Source: Bacillota bacterium (GTDB lineage Bacteria; Bacillota; Desulfotomaculia; Desulfotomaculales; Desulforudaceae). Taken from it: a stretch of DNA of 64,000 bases. Of the stretch, positions 43,734 to 51,709 are shown piece after piece. The stretch covers positions 44,143 through 108,142 of the forward strand of contig JBFLXL010000007.1 of assembly GCA_040757205.1 (NCBI GenBank), given 5' to 3'. The notes beneath the pieces are model-generated. The model saw only the letters and a program-made list of their open reading frames with translations, had not been told where the DNA came from and made no database searches. Positions within the stretch are counted from its first letter, which is position 1; the number at the start of each line of letters is the position of its first letter. The position numbers were made by a program, and so were the translations under genes.

Positions 43734-46700
43734 TTATTGGATAATCAGGGTGGAGCCGGTCATTAACAAAAAAAGGTGGCGTTCCTTGACCCGCTGCCCC
43801 AGAATCGCCTCCACGGCCCGGGCGTACAGCGCCATCTGCCCGCGGTAGCGTTCCACGAGCGCGGCCTCGCCGCCCGGCTCCACCCGGCCGGTCTTGTAGT
43901 CCACCAGCACCAGGCCGTCCGGTTCGGCGAACAGGCAGTCGATGATCCCCTGGACCATCACCCGCTCCTCCGGCCAGCCCTCCAGCTCCGGATAGACCTC
44001 TTCCGCCGGCACGGCCAGGCAGAACGGCCACTCCCGGCGCACCCACAGCGCCCCGGAGAACCGCCGCCCCAGCCCGCCCGCGAAAAGCCCGGCGAGCTTT
44101 CCGGCGTCGACCGCCCGGGCCTCGGCCTCCGTCAGCAGCTCCCGCGCCGCCAGCCGAACCACCTGCGCGCGGATGCCGTCCGCGCTCAAGTCCCCGCCCA
44201 GGTCCAGGTGCTGCAGCACCAGGTGCATCGCCCGCCCGAACGCCGCCGGCGAGAGCCCCCGCGCCGCCTCCAGAAATGCGGGGCGGGCGGGCGGCGCGCG
44301 GTGCGGGAAGGCGGCCGGCACGGCCTCCTCCCCGGCCTCGGCTGCCGCGAACCGGCGCTTGACCTCGGTGGCCGCCACCTTGGCGCTGCACAGCGCCAGG
44401 GCCGGCGCGGGGTAGCTCCAGGAAAGCGCCGCCCGCACCGCCTCGTCCAGGCCGCCGTCCACGGCGGGCACCGCCACCGGCTCGATCCGGCGCACGCTTT
44501 CCAGCACCGCCGCCCGACCCGACCCACTGACGTGGGTGCTCCGCGCGGGTACCCCGGCTGACCCGGCCCGGCCCGACCCGACTTGATCTGACCCGGCCCG
44601 GCCCGACCCGCTGGCGTGGGTGCCTGGCGTGGCTGCCCCGAGCGCGTACCCCCGGGTACCCCCGGGTTCCCCGGGGTCCGCCCCCGCCGCCGCCTCTTCC
44701 AGGCTCTCCGGCCCGTGCAGGTGCACCTCCCACCGGGACTGGTCCCCCGGCACCTCCACCGCCGGCCGGCACCCGGACGCCAGGCGGCGCAGCGGTTCAC
44801 CGTCCGGATGCACCGTCAGGACCGGCATCACCCAGTCCAGCCAACTGGCGGCCTCGGCCAGCACCGGCGCGGGCAGGGCCGCCCCGCCGCCCCCGGCCGC
44901 GTGGCTCCAGCGGCGCACCGCCTGCTCCAGCCGGGCCGCCGAGCCGGTCAGGATCAGCCGCTCCCGGGCCCTGGTCATCGCCACGTACAGGATGCGCATC
45001 TCCTCGGCCAGTTGTTCCCGGCGCAGACGCTCGCGCACCACGCGCCACGCCGCGGTCGGATGACTGACCCGGGCCGCCGGGTCAACGAAGTACGGCCCCG
45101 GCCCGAGGTCCTTGTGCAGCAGCATCTCCCCGTTCAAGTCGGGCATGTAGAACCGCCGGCCCAGCCCGGCCAGGATCACCACCGGAAACTCCAGTCCCTT
45201 AGCCTGGTGGATGCTCATAATCCGGACCACGTTCTCGCTCTCGGCCAGGGCCGGGGCCGGCCCCAGGTCCCGGTCCCCTTCCCGGAGCAGTTCGATGAAG
45301 CGCAGGAAGCGGAACAGCCCCCGGAAGGAGGTCGCTTCGTACTGGCGGGCCCGGTCGTACAGCGCCCGCAGGTTGGCCTGCCGCCCGGCCCCGCCCGGCA
45401 GCCCCCCGGCGTAGTCGTAGTAGCCCGTGGTGCGGTACACGTCCCAGATCAGGTCGGCCGGCGACCCGCGCCGCGCCTGGGAGCGCCATTTCTCCAGGCG
45501 TGCCAGAAAGGCGGTCAGGACCTCGCCCAGGGGGCCCGGCGCGACGGCCGCCGCCCTCACCGCCTGCAGGAAATCGCCCTGTTGGTCTGCGAGCCGGATG
45601 CGGGCCAACTCCGCCGCCCCGAGCCCCACCAGGGGCGAGCGCAGCACTGCGGCCAGCGGGATGTCCTGGTGCGGGTTGTCGATCACTTTCAAGAGGGAGA
45701 GCACGGTCTCCACTTCCACGGCCTCGAAGTAGCCCGTGCCGACCTTCGCGTAGGCCGGGATGTTCAAGCGCCGGAACTCCTCGAGATAGATGTCGGCTTT
45801 GCCGGTCACGGCGCGCATCAGCACCACGATCTCCCGGTAGGGCACCCCGTGCTCATCCCCGCCGCCACCCGCCGCTAGGCGCCGGATGATCCCGGCCGTC
45901 AGCCGCGCTTCGCGCTGCACGGTGCTCAGGTCCTCGTCGTCCGGGTGCTCCTCCGGGGCGCCGCCTTCGTAACCCCCGGCGCCGCCTTCGTAACCCCCGG
46001 CAACGTTCTCCGCCTCCGCCTCGTTCTCCGCCCCCGCCGCGCCGGCGGCCTCCCAACCCACTGAAGTGGGTACCCCGACTGACGCGGGTGCCCCGACCAG
46101 GTGCACCTCCACCGGCGGGCCGACCCACCCACGTGGGTGCCCCGACTCACCTGGGTGCCCCGACTCACCTGGGTGCCCCGACTCGATCTCGGCCGACCCA
46201 CTAACGTGGGTGTCCCGATTGACGAGGGTGTCCCGGTCGCCCGGGACCAGCTCGGCCGCCGCATCGTAGGCCAACTCCCCGACCGCCGGGGTCATGATCC
46301 GCCGGAACACCGCGTTCACGGCGTGCAGGATCGACGCGCGGCTCCGGAAGTTGGCGCTTAAGTCGATCCGCCGGTTGCCCGACCCGACCGACTGGCGTGG
46401 GTGCCCCGCGTGGGTGCCCCGGTCCGGCGCCGCGTCGAACGTCCGGTACTTCTCCAGAAAGAGCGCCGGTTCGGCCAGCCGAAACCGGTAGATGCTCTGC
46501 TTCACGTCCCCGACCATAAAGAGGTTCGGCGCCGCGTCGTCCTGCCGTGACACCAGGCGCAGAATCAGCTCCTGGACGGCGTTGATGTCCTGGTACTCGT
46601 CCACCAGCACCTCGGCGTAGTACTCCCGGAGCCCCGCCGCCACCGGCGACGGCATGGGTGCCTCCGGGGTCGAGCCCGGGTCGAGCAGGATCTGCTGAGC

Positions 46701-47813
46701 GTAATGCTCCAGGTCGGCGAAGTCCACGAGGTTTCGCGCCAGCTTGGCGGTGCGGTACGCCTCCCCGAAGTCGGCCGTGAGCTCGGCCAGCCGGCACATC
46801 GCCGGACCGAGCGCCGCCATCTCCTCCTGGAGTTCCCCGGGTTCGCGTTCGAAGAACGCCTCTTTGAGGCCGTCGACCCGCCCCTTGGCTTTCTTGCGGC
46901 CGCCGGTGCAAAGCCCCTTCAACACTTCGTCCACGGGGCCGCGGGCCGCGGGCAGCCTGGGCGTGAACGCAAACCCCAAAAAGGCGGCGCGCAAACTCTC
47001 CCAGTCCCCGCCCACCAGGGCCGTTAAGCCTTCCACCCCTTCGATCTCCGCAGCCAGGACGTCAGCGTAGGCCGCCGGTCCGCCCGGCGCCTCGGCCGCC
47101 TCCAGGGCGGTCTTTAATTCAAACGCCGCCGCCTCGAGGGCGGAGGCCACCAGCTCCCGCAGGCCCCGCGCCAGCGGCTCGTCCCCGTCCAGGCCGGCCG
47201 GCGCCGTCCCGAAGGCGGCTGCCCGCTCGAGCCAGGCCCGGGGCCAGGGGTTCGAACGCGCGAAGCGGTGCAGGCCCAGCACCAAATTTTGTAAATGCAG
47301 GTCGTCCCGCTCGCCCCCGTACGCCTCCACCAGAAACTCCAGGTCGGGGTCGTCGGCGATCCCCTGGTACTGCGCCTCGAAGAACTCATCCAAGGTTTCC
47401 TGCCGCATGATCGCGGCCTCGGTCTCGTCGGCCACCCGGAACTCCGGGTCGAGGTCGATCAGGTGGCAGTACCGGCGCAGCAGCTCGGCGCAGAACGAGT
47501 GGACGGTGGTGATGTCCGCTTGGGGCAAGAGCCGCAACTGGTGCTCCAGGAGCGCCGTCCCCGGGTTTCTCTCCAGTTCCCGCTCCAACGCCTCGGCCAC
47601 CCGCTTGCGCATCTGGGCGGCGGCGGCGTTCGTGAAGGTGACCACCAGCAGCCGGTCGACGTCCACCGGCGCGTCCGGATCCGAGATGCGCCGGATCACC
47701 CGCTCCACCAGCACCGCCGTCTTCCCCGAGCCGGCACCCGCCGCCACCAGGAGGTTGACCTGGCGGCAATCGATGGCCTCCCTTTGCGACTTCGTCCAGT
47801 TCCGCTCACTCAT
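43734..47813 (-). CDS. addA: ATP-dependent helicase/nuclease subunit A
   Basis: AGAGSGKT, UvrD helicase motifs and a C-terminal RecB-type nuclease (GIIDCLF...DYKT). ATG at 47813 overlaps the addB stop (ATGAGTGA). About 100 aa longer than typical because of repeat insertions. Confidence 0.9.
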   Translation of the reverse strand: MSERNWTKSQREAIDCRQVNLLVAAGAGSGKTAVLVERVIRRISDPDAPVDVDRLLVVTFTNAAAAQMRKRVAEALERELERNPGTALLEHQLRLLPQADITTVHSFCAELLRRYCHLIDLDPEFRVADETEAAIMRQETLDEFFEAQYQGIADDPDLEFLVEAYGGERDDLHLQNLVLGLHRFARSNPWPRAWLERAAAFGTAPAGLDGDEPLARGLRELVASALEAAAFELKTALEAAEAPGGPAAYADVLAAEIEGVEGLTALVGGDWESLRAAFLGFAFTPRLPAARGPVDEVLKGLCTGGRKKAKGRVDGLKEAFFEREPGELQEEMAALGPAMCRLAELTADFGEAYRTAKLARNLVDFADLEHYAQQILLDPGSTPEAPMPSPVAAGLREYYAEVLVDEYQDINAVQELILRLVSRQDDAAPNLFMVGDVKQSIYRFRLAEPALFLEKYRTFDAAPDRGTHAGHPRQSVGSGNRRIDLSANFRSRASILHAVNAVFRRIMTPAVGELAYDAAAELVPGDRDTLVNRDTHVSGSAEIESGHPGESGHPGESGHPRGWVGPPVEVHLVGAPASVGVPTSVGWEAAGAAGAENEAEAENVAGGYEGGAGGYEGGAPEEHPDDEDLSTVQREARLTAGIIRRLAAGGGGDEHGVPYREIVVLMRAVTGKADIYLEEFRRLNIPAYAKVGTGYFEAVEVETVLSLLKVIDNPHQDIPLAAVLRSPLVGLGAAELARIRLADQQGDFLQAVRAAAVAPGPLGEVLTAFLARLEKWRSQARRGSPADLIWDVYRTTGYYDYAGGLPGGAGRQANLRALYDRARQYEATSFRGLFRFLRFIELLREGDRDLGPAPALAESENVVRIMSIHQAKGLEFPVVILAGLGRRFYMPDLNGEMLLHKDLGPGPYFVDPAARVSHPTAAWRVVRERLRREQLAEEMRILYVAMTRARERLILTGSAARLEQAVRRWSHAAGGGGAALPAPVLAEAASWLDWVMPVLTVHPDGEPLRRLASGCRPAVEVPGDQSRWEVHLHGPESLEEAAAGADPGEPGGTRGYALGAATPGTHASGSGRAGSDQVGSGRAGSAGVPARSTHVSGSGRAAVLESVRRIEPVAVPAVDGGLDEAVRAALSWSYPAPALALCSAKVAATEVKRRFAAAEAGEEAVPAAFPHRAPPARPAFLEAARGLSPAAFGRAMHLVLQHLDLGGDLSADGIRAQVVRLAARELLTEAEARAVDAGKLAGLFAGGLGRRFSGALWVRREWPFCLAVPAEEVYPELEGWPEERVMVQGIIDCLFAEPDGLVLVDYKTGRVEPGGEAALVERYRGQMALYARAVEAILGQRVKERHLFLLMTGSTLIIQ
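44513..44679. repeat. GC-rich hairpin repeat cluster, copy B (in addA)
   Basis: CCCGACCCGACCCACTGACGTGGGTGCTCCGCGCGGGTACCCC ... GACCCGCTGGCGTGGGTGCC ... GGGTACCCCCGGGTACCCCCGGG. Encodes GGTRGYALGAATPGTHASGSGRAGSDQVGSGRAGSAGVPARSTHVSGSG. Confidence 0.85.
45958..46236. repeat. GC-rich repeat cluster, copy C (in addA)
   Basis: A 21-nt unit x2 (GGYEGGA x2), CCCACTGAAGTGGGTACCCC, and GGGTGCCCCGACTCACCT x3 (ESGHPG x3), then CCCACTAACGTGGGTGTCCC. Confidence 0.85.
46378..46422. repeat. GC-rich hairpin repeat, copy D (in addA)
   Basis: CCCGACCCGACCGACTGGCGTGGGTGCCCCGCGTGGGTGCCCCGG. Encodes DRGTHAGHPRQSVGSG. Confidence 0.85.
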
Positions 47814-50800
47814 CCGCCGCTTCCCCCTCCCCGGCCGGTCCCAGCAGGCGCCACATCTCGGCGGGCGGCAAGCGGCGCAGCAGCCGGTAGCGGTTCGACG
47901 CCAGCAAGGGGTCGAACGCGCAGAGCGGCTTGAAGGCGCAGTACCGGCAGGCACCAACCCCGCCCTTGCGGTACGGGGCGATGCCCACCGCGCCGCCCTG
48001 GATCTGGGCCGCCGTTTCCACGATCATCCGGCGTACGTGCTCCAAGAGCCGTTCGAACTGCGCCGCGCTCACCACCGCCGCCTTCTTCTTCGCCGTGCCG
48101 TCTTTGTTCAACCCGGCGGGCACGATCAGCGACTCGCCCGCGACGGCGCCATCCATCAGGCGCAGGAGCGCCGGGTCGCCCAGCACCAGCCCCTGCATCC
48201 GGAAGGCCTTCAGGAGCTGCGCCGCGGCGTCCGCCGCCGACAGCGGCTTCCCGCCCCTCAGGAGCGGGTTTTGCACCCGGAAGTAGAACGCCCCCGCCGG
48301 CAGGCACTCCCGGCCGACCAGCACCGGCGCCCCCCCGAGACAGGCGTCCAGGTACACCAGGAGCTGCAGGTTCAAGCCGTGGTACACGTCGTCGAGCGCC
48401 AGGCTCCGGGGCCCGGCCTTGTAGTCGATCACCCGCAGGTAGGCGGCCTCTTGCGTGTGCGCCACGTCCACCCGGTCGACCCGCCCGGCCAACTCTACCC
48501 GGCCGCCGTCGGGGAGCGGGTAGGACGGCCCCGGCACCGCCTGGCCCGGCCCGAACGGCACTTCCACCGCCACCGGCCGGAAGGCGCTCCGGCGGGCGTG
48601 GGCGGCCATCACCCCGGCCGTGCGCTGCACCACGCGCTTGAGCTTGCCGGTCAAAAACCGGTGCCGGGACGTGCTTAGAAGGATCTCGCTCTGCAGACGG
48701 GGCGCCAGCTCCTCCACCACTTCGGACGCCAGCCGCTCACACTCCGCGCTCTCCAGCGCGTGCCACTCCACGCCGCTTTCCCGCAGCCGGCCGTCGAACG
48801 TGCGCAAGGCCTCGTGGAAGAACTGCCCGATGTCCGGCGCCTCCAGCCGGCAGACCTCTCGTTCCTTGAGGCGGAGCGCGTAGCGGGCAAAGTGGGCGAA
48901 CGGGCAGCCCCGGAATTTCTCCAGCCGGGACACGCTCACCACCAGTTGATCCGACCCGACCCGACCCGATTCGACCCCACCCGACCAGACCTGACCCAGC
49001 CCGACCCCGCCCGAACCGATGCCGCCCGACCCAACCTGATCCGAACCGACCTGACCCAACTCGACTCCACCCGAACCGATGCCGCCCGACTCGACCTGAC
49101 CCGACCCGACCTGACCGGACCCACTGGCGTGGGTGTCCTGCGTGGGTGCCCCGCTTGGGCGCTCCGCACGAGGACCCTGAGCAGGTGCCCCGCCGTAGAG
49201 CGCCTGGGCCAAGTCGGGGTCCAGCGGCGGTTCCCGGTTCTCGAAGAAAAGGCCGGCGAGCGCGGGCGCACACCGCTCCCGGCGGCCGTCGCCGTTGTCT
49301 GCGAACCAATTGAACACCGACCACCACACCGGGTCCACCGGCACGCCCGCTTTCCAGTCCCGGAGGCGGGTGACCAGAAAGCCCAGGGTGCGGCCGGGCG
49401 CCGTGACGTAGGGAAGGTCTGCCCCGGGTGCGCTCCCATCGGGTTCCAGGGCCAGCGTTTCTTCCCCGAGCCCGGGGAAAAGCTCCCGGAGCCGGGGAAT
49501 GACACTGGACGGGGCCATGGCCCTCCCCTCCTCGTCGGCCAGGGGGTAGCTCACCCAGAGGTACTCGCTCGCGCGGGTCAAAGCGATGTACACCAGGTAT
49601 TGCTCCTCGTAGACCTTGCGGCGGGCGTCGGGCGCCACCTCGAGGCCGGCGGCGAGCAGCGCCTCCCGCTCCCGGTCGGTGAAAAGGCCGGTATCGCGGT
49701 GGCGGCCGGGCAGGACGCCCTCGGACACCCCGAGCACGAACGCCGCCCGGACGTCCGGGTTGCGGGAGCGCTCCAGCGAGCCCACCAGCACCTGGTCGAG
49801 CGCCGGCGGGATCAGGGCGAGTTGCAGCCCGTCCATCCCGGAGTCGAGCACCCGCCCGAACTCCTCGGCGGTCAGCGCCTCGTCGCCGAGCGCCTCCACC
49901 ACCTGGTCGAAAAGCGCCACCACCCCGGCCCAGAGCTGCCGGTGCTCGCGGGCGGCCTCCAGCCGCCCCTCGGCCTCGGCTTCGCGGCTCCACGCCTCGA
50001 TGCGCCGCGGGACGCTCAGGGCGGTCAGGAGGTCGTACAGGGCGGCGGTGAAGTCGCGGGCGGTGGCGGCGAAAAGCACGCGGCGCTGGAAATCTAACAG
50101 GTGGCGCGCGGCCTGGCGCCGGACCCGGTTCACCTTCCGCCGCAAGTACCGGTTCGGGGCACCCACGCCAGTGGGTCGGGTCGGGATGTCCCCGCCGAGG
50201 GCGTGCGGGCGTTCGTAGTGCCAGTCGGCTTCGTCCGCCCACTTCGCCCCCCCCCGGATGCCGTGGGCCAGGACGTAGTTCTCCAGAAGGTCGACGTCGG
50301 CGCGGGAGACCGGCACCAGGTCGGTCTTCAGGTACCGGAACACCGGGTCGTAGGCCCAGTTCCCGGTCACCGTCTCCAGGGCCGAGCGGATGAGCTCCAC
50401 CAGCGGGTGGTGGCGCACCGGGCGCTTTCGGTCGATGAAGCACGGGATGCCGTAGTCGGCGAACACCGTGGCCACGAGTTCGTGGTAATCGGCCAGGTTG
50501 CGGACGACCAGGGAGAAGTCCCGCCAGTGCCAGCCCCGCTCCCGGCACAGGCGCAGGATCTCCCGGGCCGCTCCTTCGACCTCGGCCCGGCGGCTCGCGG
50601 CCGCGACCAGGCGCAGATTCGAAAGGGGGACAGGCACAGTCCCCTCGAACGGCGCACCGGCAAACTTCTGGGTGGGGCGGCGAAAGAACTCCCGCTCCAG
50701 GTGGACGAGGGCGGGGTTCGCCCGGAAGCGAGCCGGGGGGGAGGCTGCCAGTTCCACCGGCTGGGCGAGCTTCACCCCGTTTTTGCGGGCCAGCTCGGCG

Positions 50801-51645
50801 AGGCGCGCCCGGGTGCCCCGGGTCACCTGAAAGAGGTCCCGGTCCTCGCGCCGCCGGGAGCGGGGGTCCAGGCAGAGCGCCACGTTCACCCGGGCGGCCG
50901 TTTTGAGGAGTGCCGCCAGTACCGCGTATTCCTGCGGCGTAAACCCGGCGAACCCGTCCACCCACACCTCGGCGCCGCGCAGCGTCGGGCTCTCCCCGAG
51001 CCGGGCGGCGAGCAGGGTCAGGTAGTCGTCCGGGTCGACATACTTGCCGGCGAGTTCGCGCTCGAAATCGGCGTAGAGGAGGCGCAAGTCCTCGAGCTTC
51101 GCCTGCAGGGAGTAGGTCTCGACGGTGCCGGGCAGCATGCAGCCGGTCCGCTCCAGGGCCTCGGGGGTGACCAGGCAGGTCTTGAGTTCGGAGAGCGCGC
51201 CCGCCAGGGTGCCGGAGAAGCCGTACCGCCCGGCGGCCCGGCCGAAGAGGCGCAGCTCGCCGCGGCGGCGCGCCAGGATGCGGGCGAGCAGCATGCGCTT
51301 GCCCACGTCACCGATGTGCGGGCGGGCCGCCCCGCCCACCTCGGCGAACACCCGCCAGGCCAGGCGCCGGAAACTCAAGACCTGGGCCCGGAACATCCCG
51401 GACAGGCCCGGGGTGAGGGTGAGCGCGTACTCGGTCTGGAAGGTGGCCTGCTCGGGCACCAGAAGCACAAGCGGCGGCCCGTCGGGGGACCCACTGACCC
51501 GACCCGGCCCACTGATGTGGGTGTCCCGCGTGGGTGCCCCGCGCGGGTACCCCTGGGTGCCCCGCCGCAGTTCCTCGCGGATCTCGTCCAGGCAAAGGCG
51601 GGTCTTGCCGCTACCGGCCCGCCCCAGAATAAACCGCAACGTCAA
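47806..51645 (-). CDS. addB: ATP-dependent helicase/nuclease subunit B
   Basis: GRAGSGKT N-terminus, C-terminal nuclease with Fe-S cysteines (CPFAHF ... CRYCAFKPLC). About 100 aa longer than typical because of repeat insertions. Confidence 0.9.
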   Translation of the reverse strand: MTLRFILGRAGSGKTRLCLDEIREELRRGTQGYPRGAPTRDTHISGPGRVSGSPDGPPLVLLVPEQATFQTEYALTLTPGLSGMFRAQVLSFRRLAWRVFAEVGGAARPHIGDVGKRMLLARILARRRGELRLFGRAAGRYGFSGTLAGALSELKTCLVTPEALERTGCMLPGTVETYSLQAKLEDLRLLYADFERELAGKYVDPDDYLTLLAARLGESPTLRGAEVWVDGFAGFTPQEYAVLAALLKTAARVNVALCLDPRSRRREDRDLFQVTRGTRARLAELARKNGVKLAQPVELAASPPARFRANPALVHLEREFFRRPTQKFAGAPFEGTVPVPLSNLRLVAAASRRAEVEGAAREILRLCRERGWHWRDFSLVVRNLADYHELVATVFADYGIPCFIDRKRPVRHHPLVELIRSALETVTGNWAYDPVFRYLKTDLVPVSRADVDLLENYVLAHGIRGGAKWADEADWHYERPHALGGDIPTRPTGVGAPNRYLRRKVNRVRRQAARHLLDFQRRVLFAATARDFTAALYDLLTALSVPRRIEAWSREAEAEGRLEAAREHRQLWAGVVALFDQVVEALGDEALTAEEFGRVLDSGMDGLQLALIPPALDQVLVGSLERSRNPDVRAAFVLGVSEGVLPGRHRDTGLFTDREREALLAAGLEVAPDARRKVYEEQYLVYIALTRASEYLWVSYPLADEEGRAMAPSSVIPRLRELFPGLGEETLALEPDGSAPGADLPYVTAPGRTLGFLVTRLRDWKAGVPVDPVWWSVFNWFADNGDGRRERCAPALAGLFFENREPPLDPDLAQALYGGAPAQGPRAERPSGAPTQDTHASGSGQVGSGQVESGGIGSGGVELGQVGSDQVGSGGIGSGGVGLGQVWSGGVESGRVGSDQLVVSVSRLEKFRGCPFAHFARYALRLKEREVCRLEAPDIGQFFHEALRTFDGRLRESGVEWHALESAECERLASEVVEELAPRLQSEILLSTSRHRFLTGKLKRVVQRTAGVMAAHARRSAFRPVAVEVPFGPGQAVPGPSYPLPDGGRVELAGRVDRVDVAHTQEAAYLRVIDYKAGPRSLALDDVYHGLNLQLLVYLDACLGGAPVLVGRECLPAGAFYFRVQNPLLRGGKPLSAADAAAQLLKAFRMQGLVLGDPALLRLMDGAVAGESLIVPAGLNKDGTAKKKAAVVSAAQFERLLEHVRRMIVETAAQIQGGAVGIAPYRKGGVGACRYCAFKPLCAFDPLLASNRYRLLRRLPPAEMWRLLGPAGEGEAADE
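48951..49153. repeat. GC-rich repeat cluster, copy E (in addB), with expanded CGACC array
   Basis: A long (C)CGACC(C/T)GA array with an internal 60-nt periodicity, ending CCCACTGGCGTGGGTGTCCTGCGTGGGTGCCCCGC. Encodes PTQDTHASGSGQVGSGQVESGGIGSGGVELGQVGSDQVGSGGIGSGGVGLGQVWSGGVESGRVGSDQ. Confidence 0.9.
50146..50193. repeat. GC-rich hairpin repeat, copy F (in addB, opposite orientation)
   Basis: The plus strand reads TACCGGTTCGGGGCACCCACGCCAGTGGGTCGGGTCGGGATGTCCCC. Read by the gene as DIPTRPTGVGAPNRY. Confidence 0.9.
51484..51566. repeat. GC-rich hairpin repeat, copy G (in addB, just after Walker A)
   Basis: GGGGGACCCACTGACCCGACCCGGCCCACTGATGTGGGTGTCCCGCGTGGGTGCCCCGCGCGGGTACCCCTGGGTGCCCCGCC. 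Encodes GTQGYPRGAPTRDTHISGPGRVSGSPD. Confidence 0.9.
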
Positions 51646-51709
51646 GACCCCTCACCCCCTCTCCCGGTATCCGCTCTTCTCGCAACCTTCGTACGTTGTC
51701 CCCCTTGCG

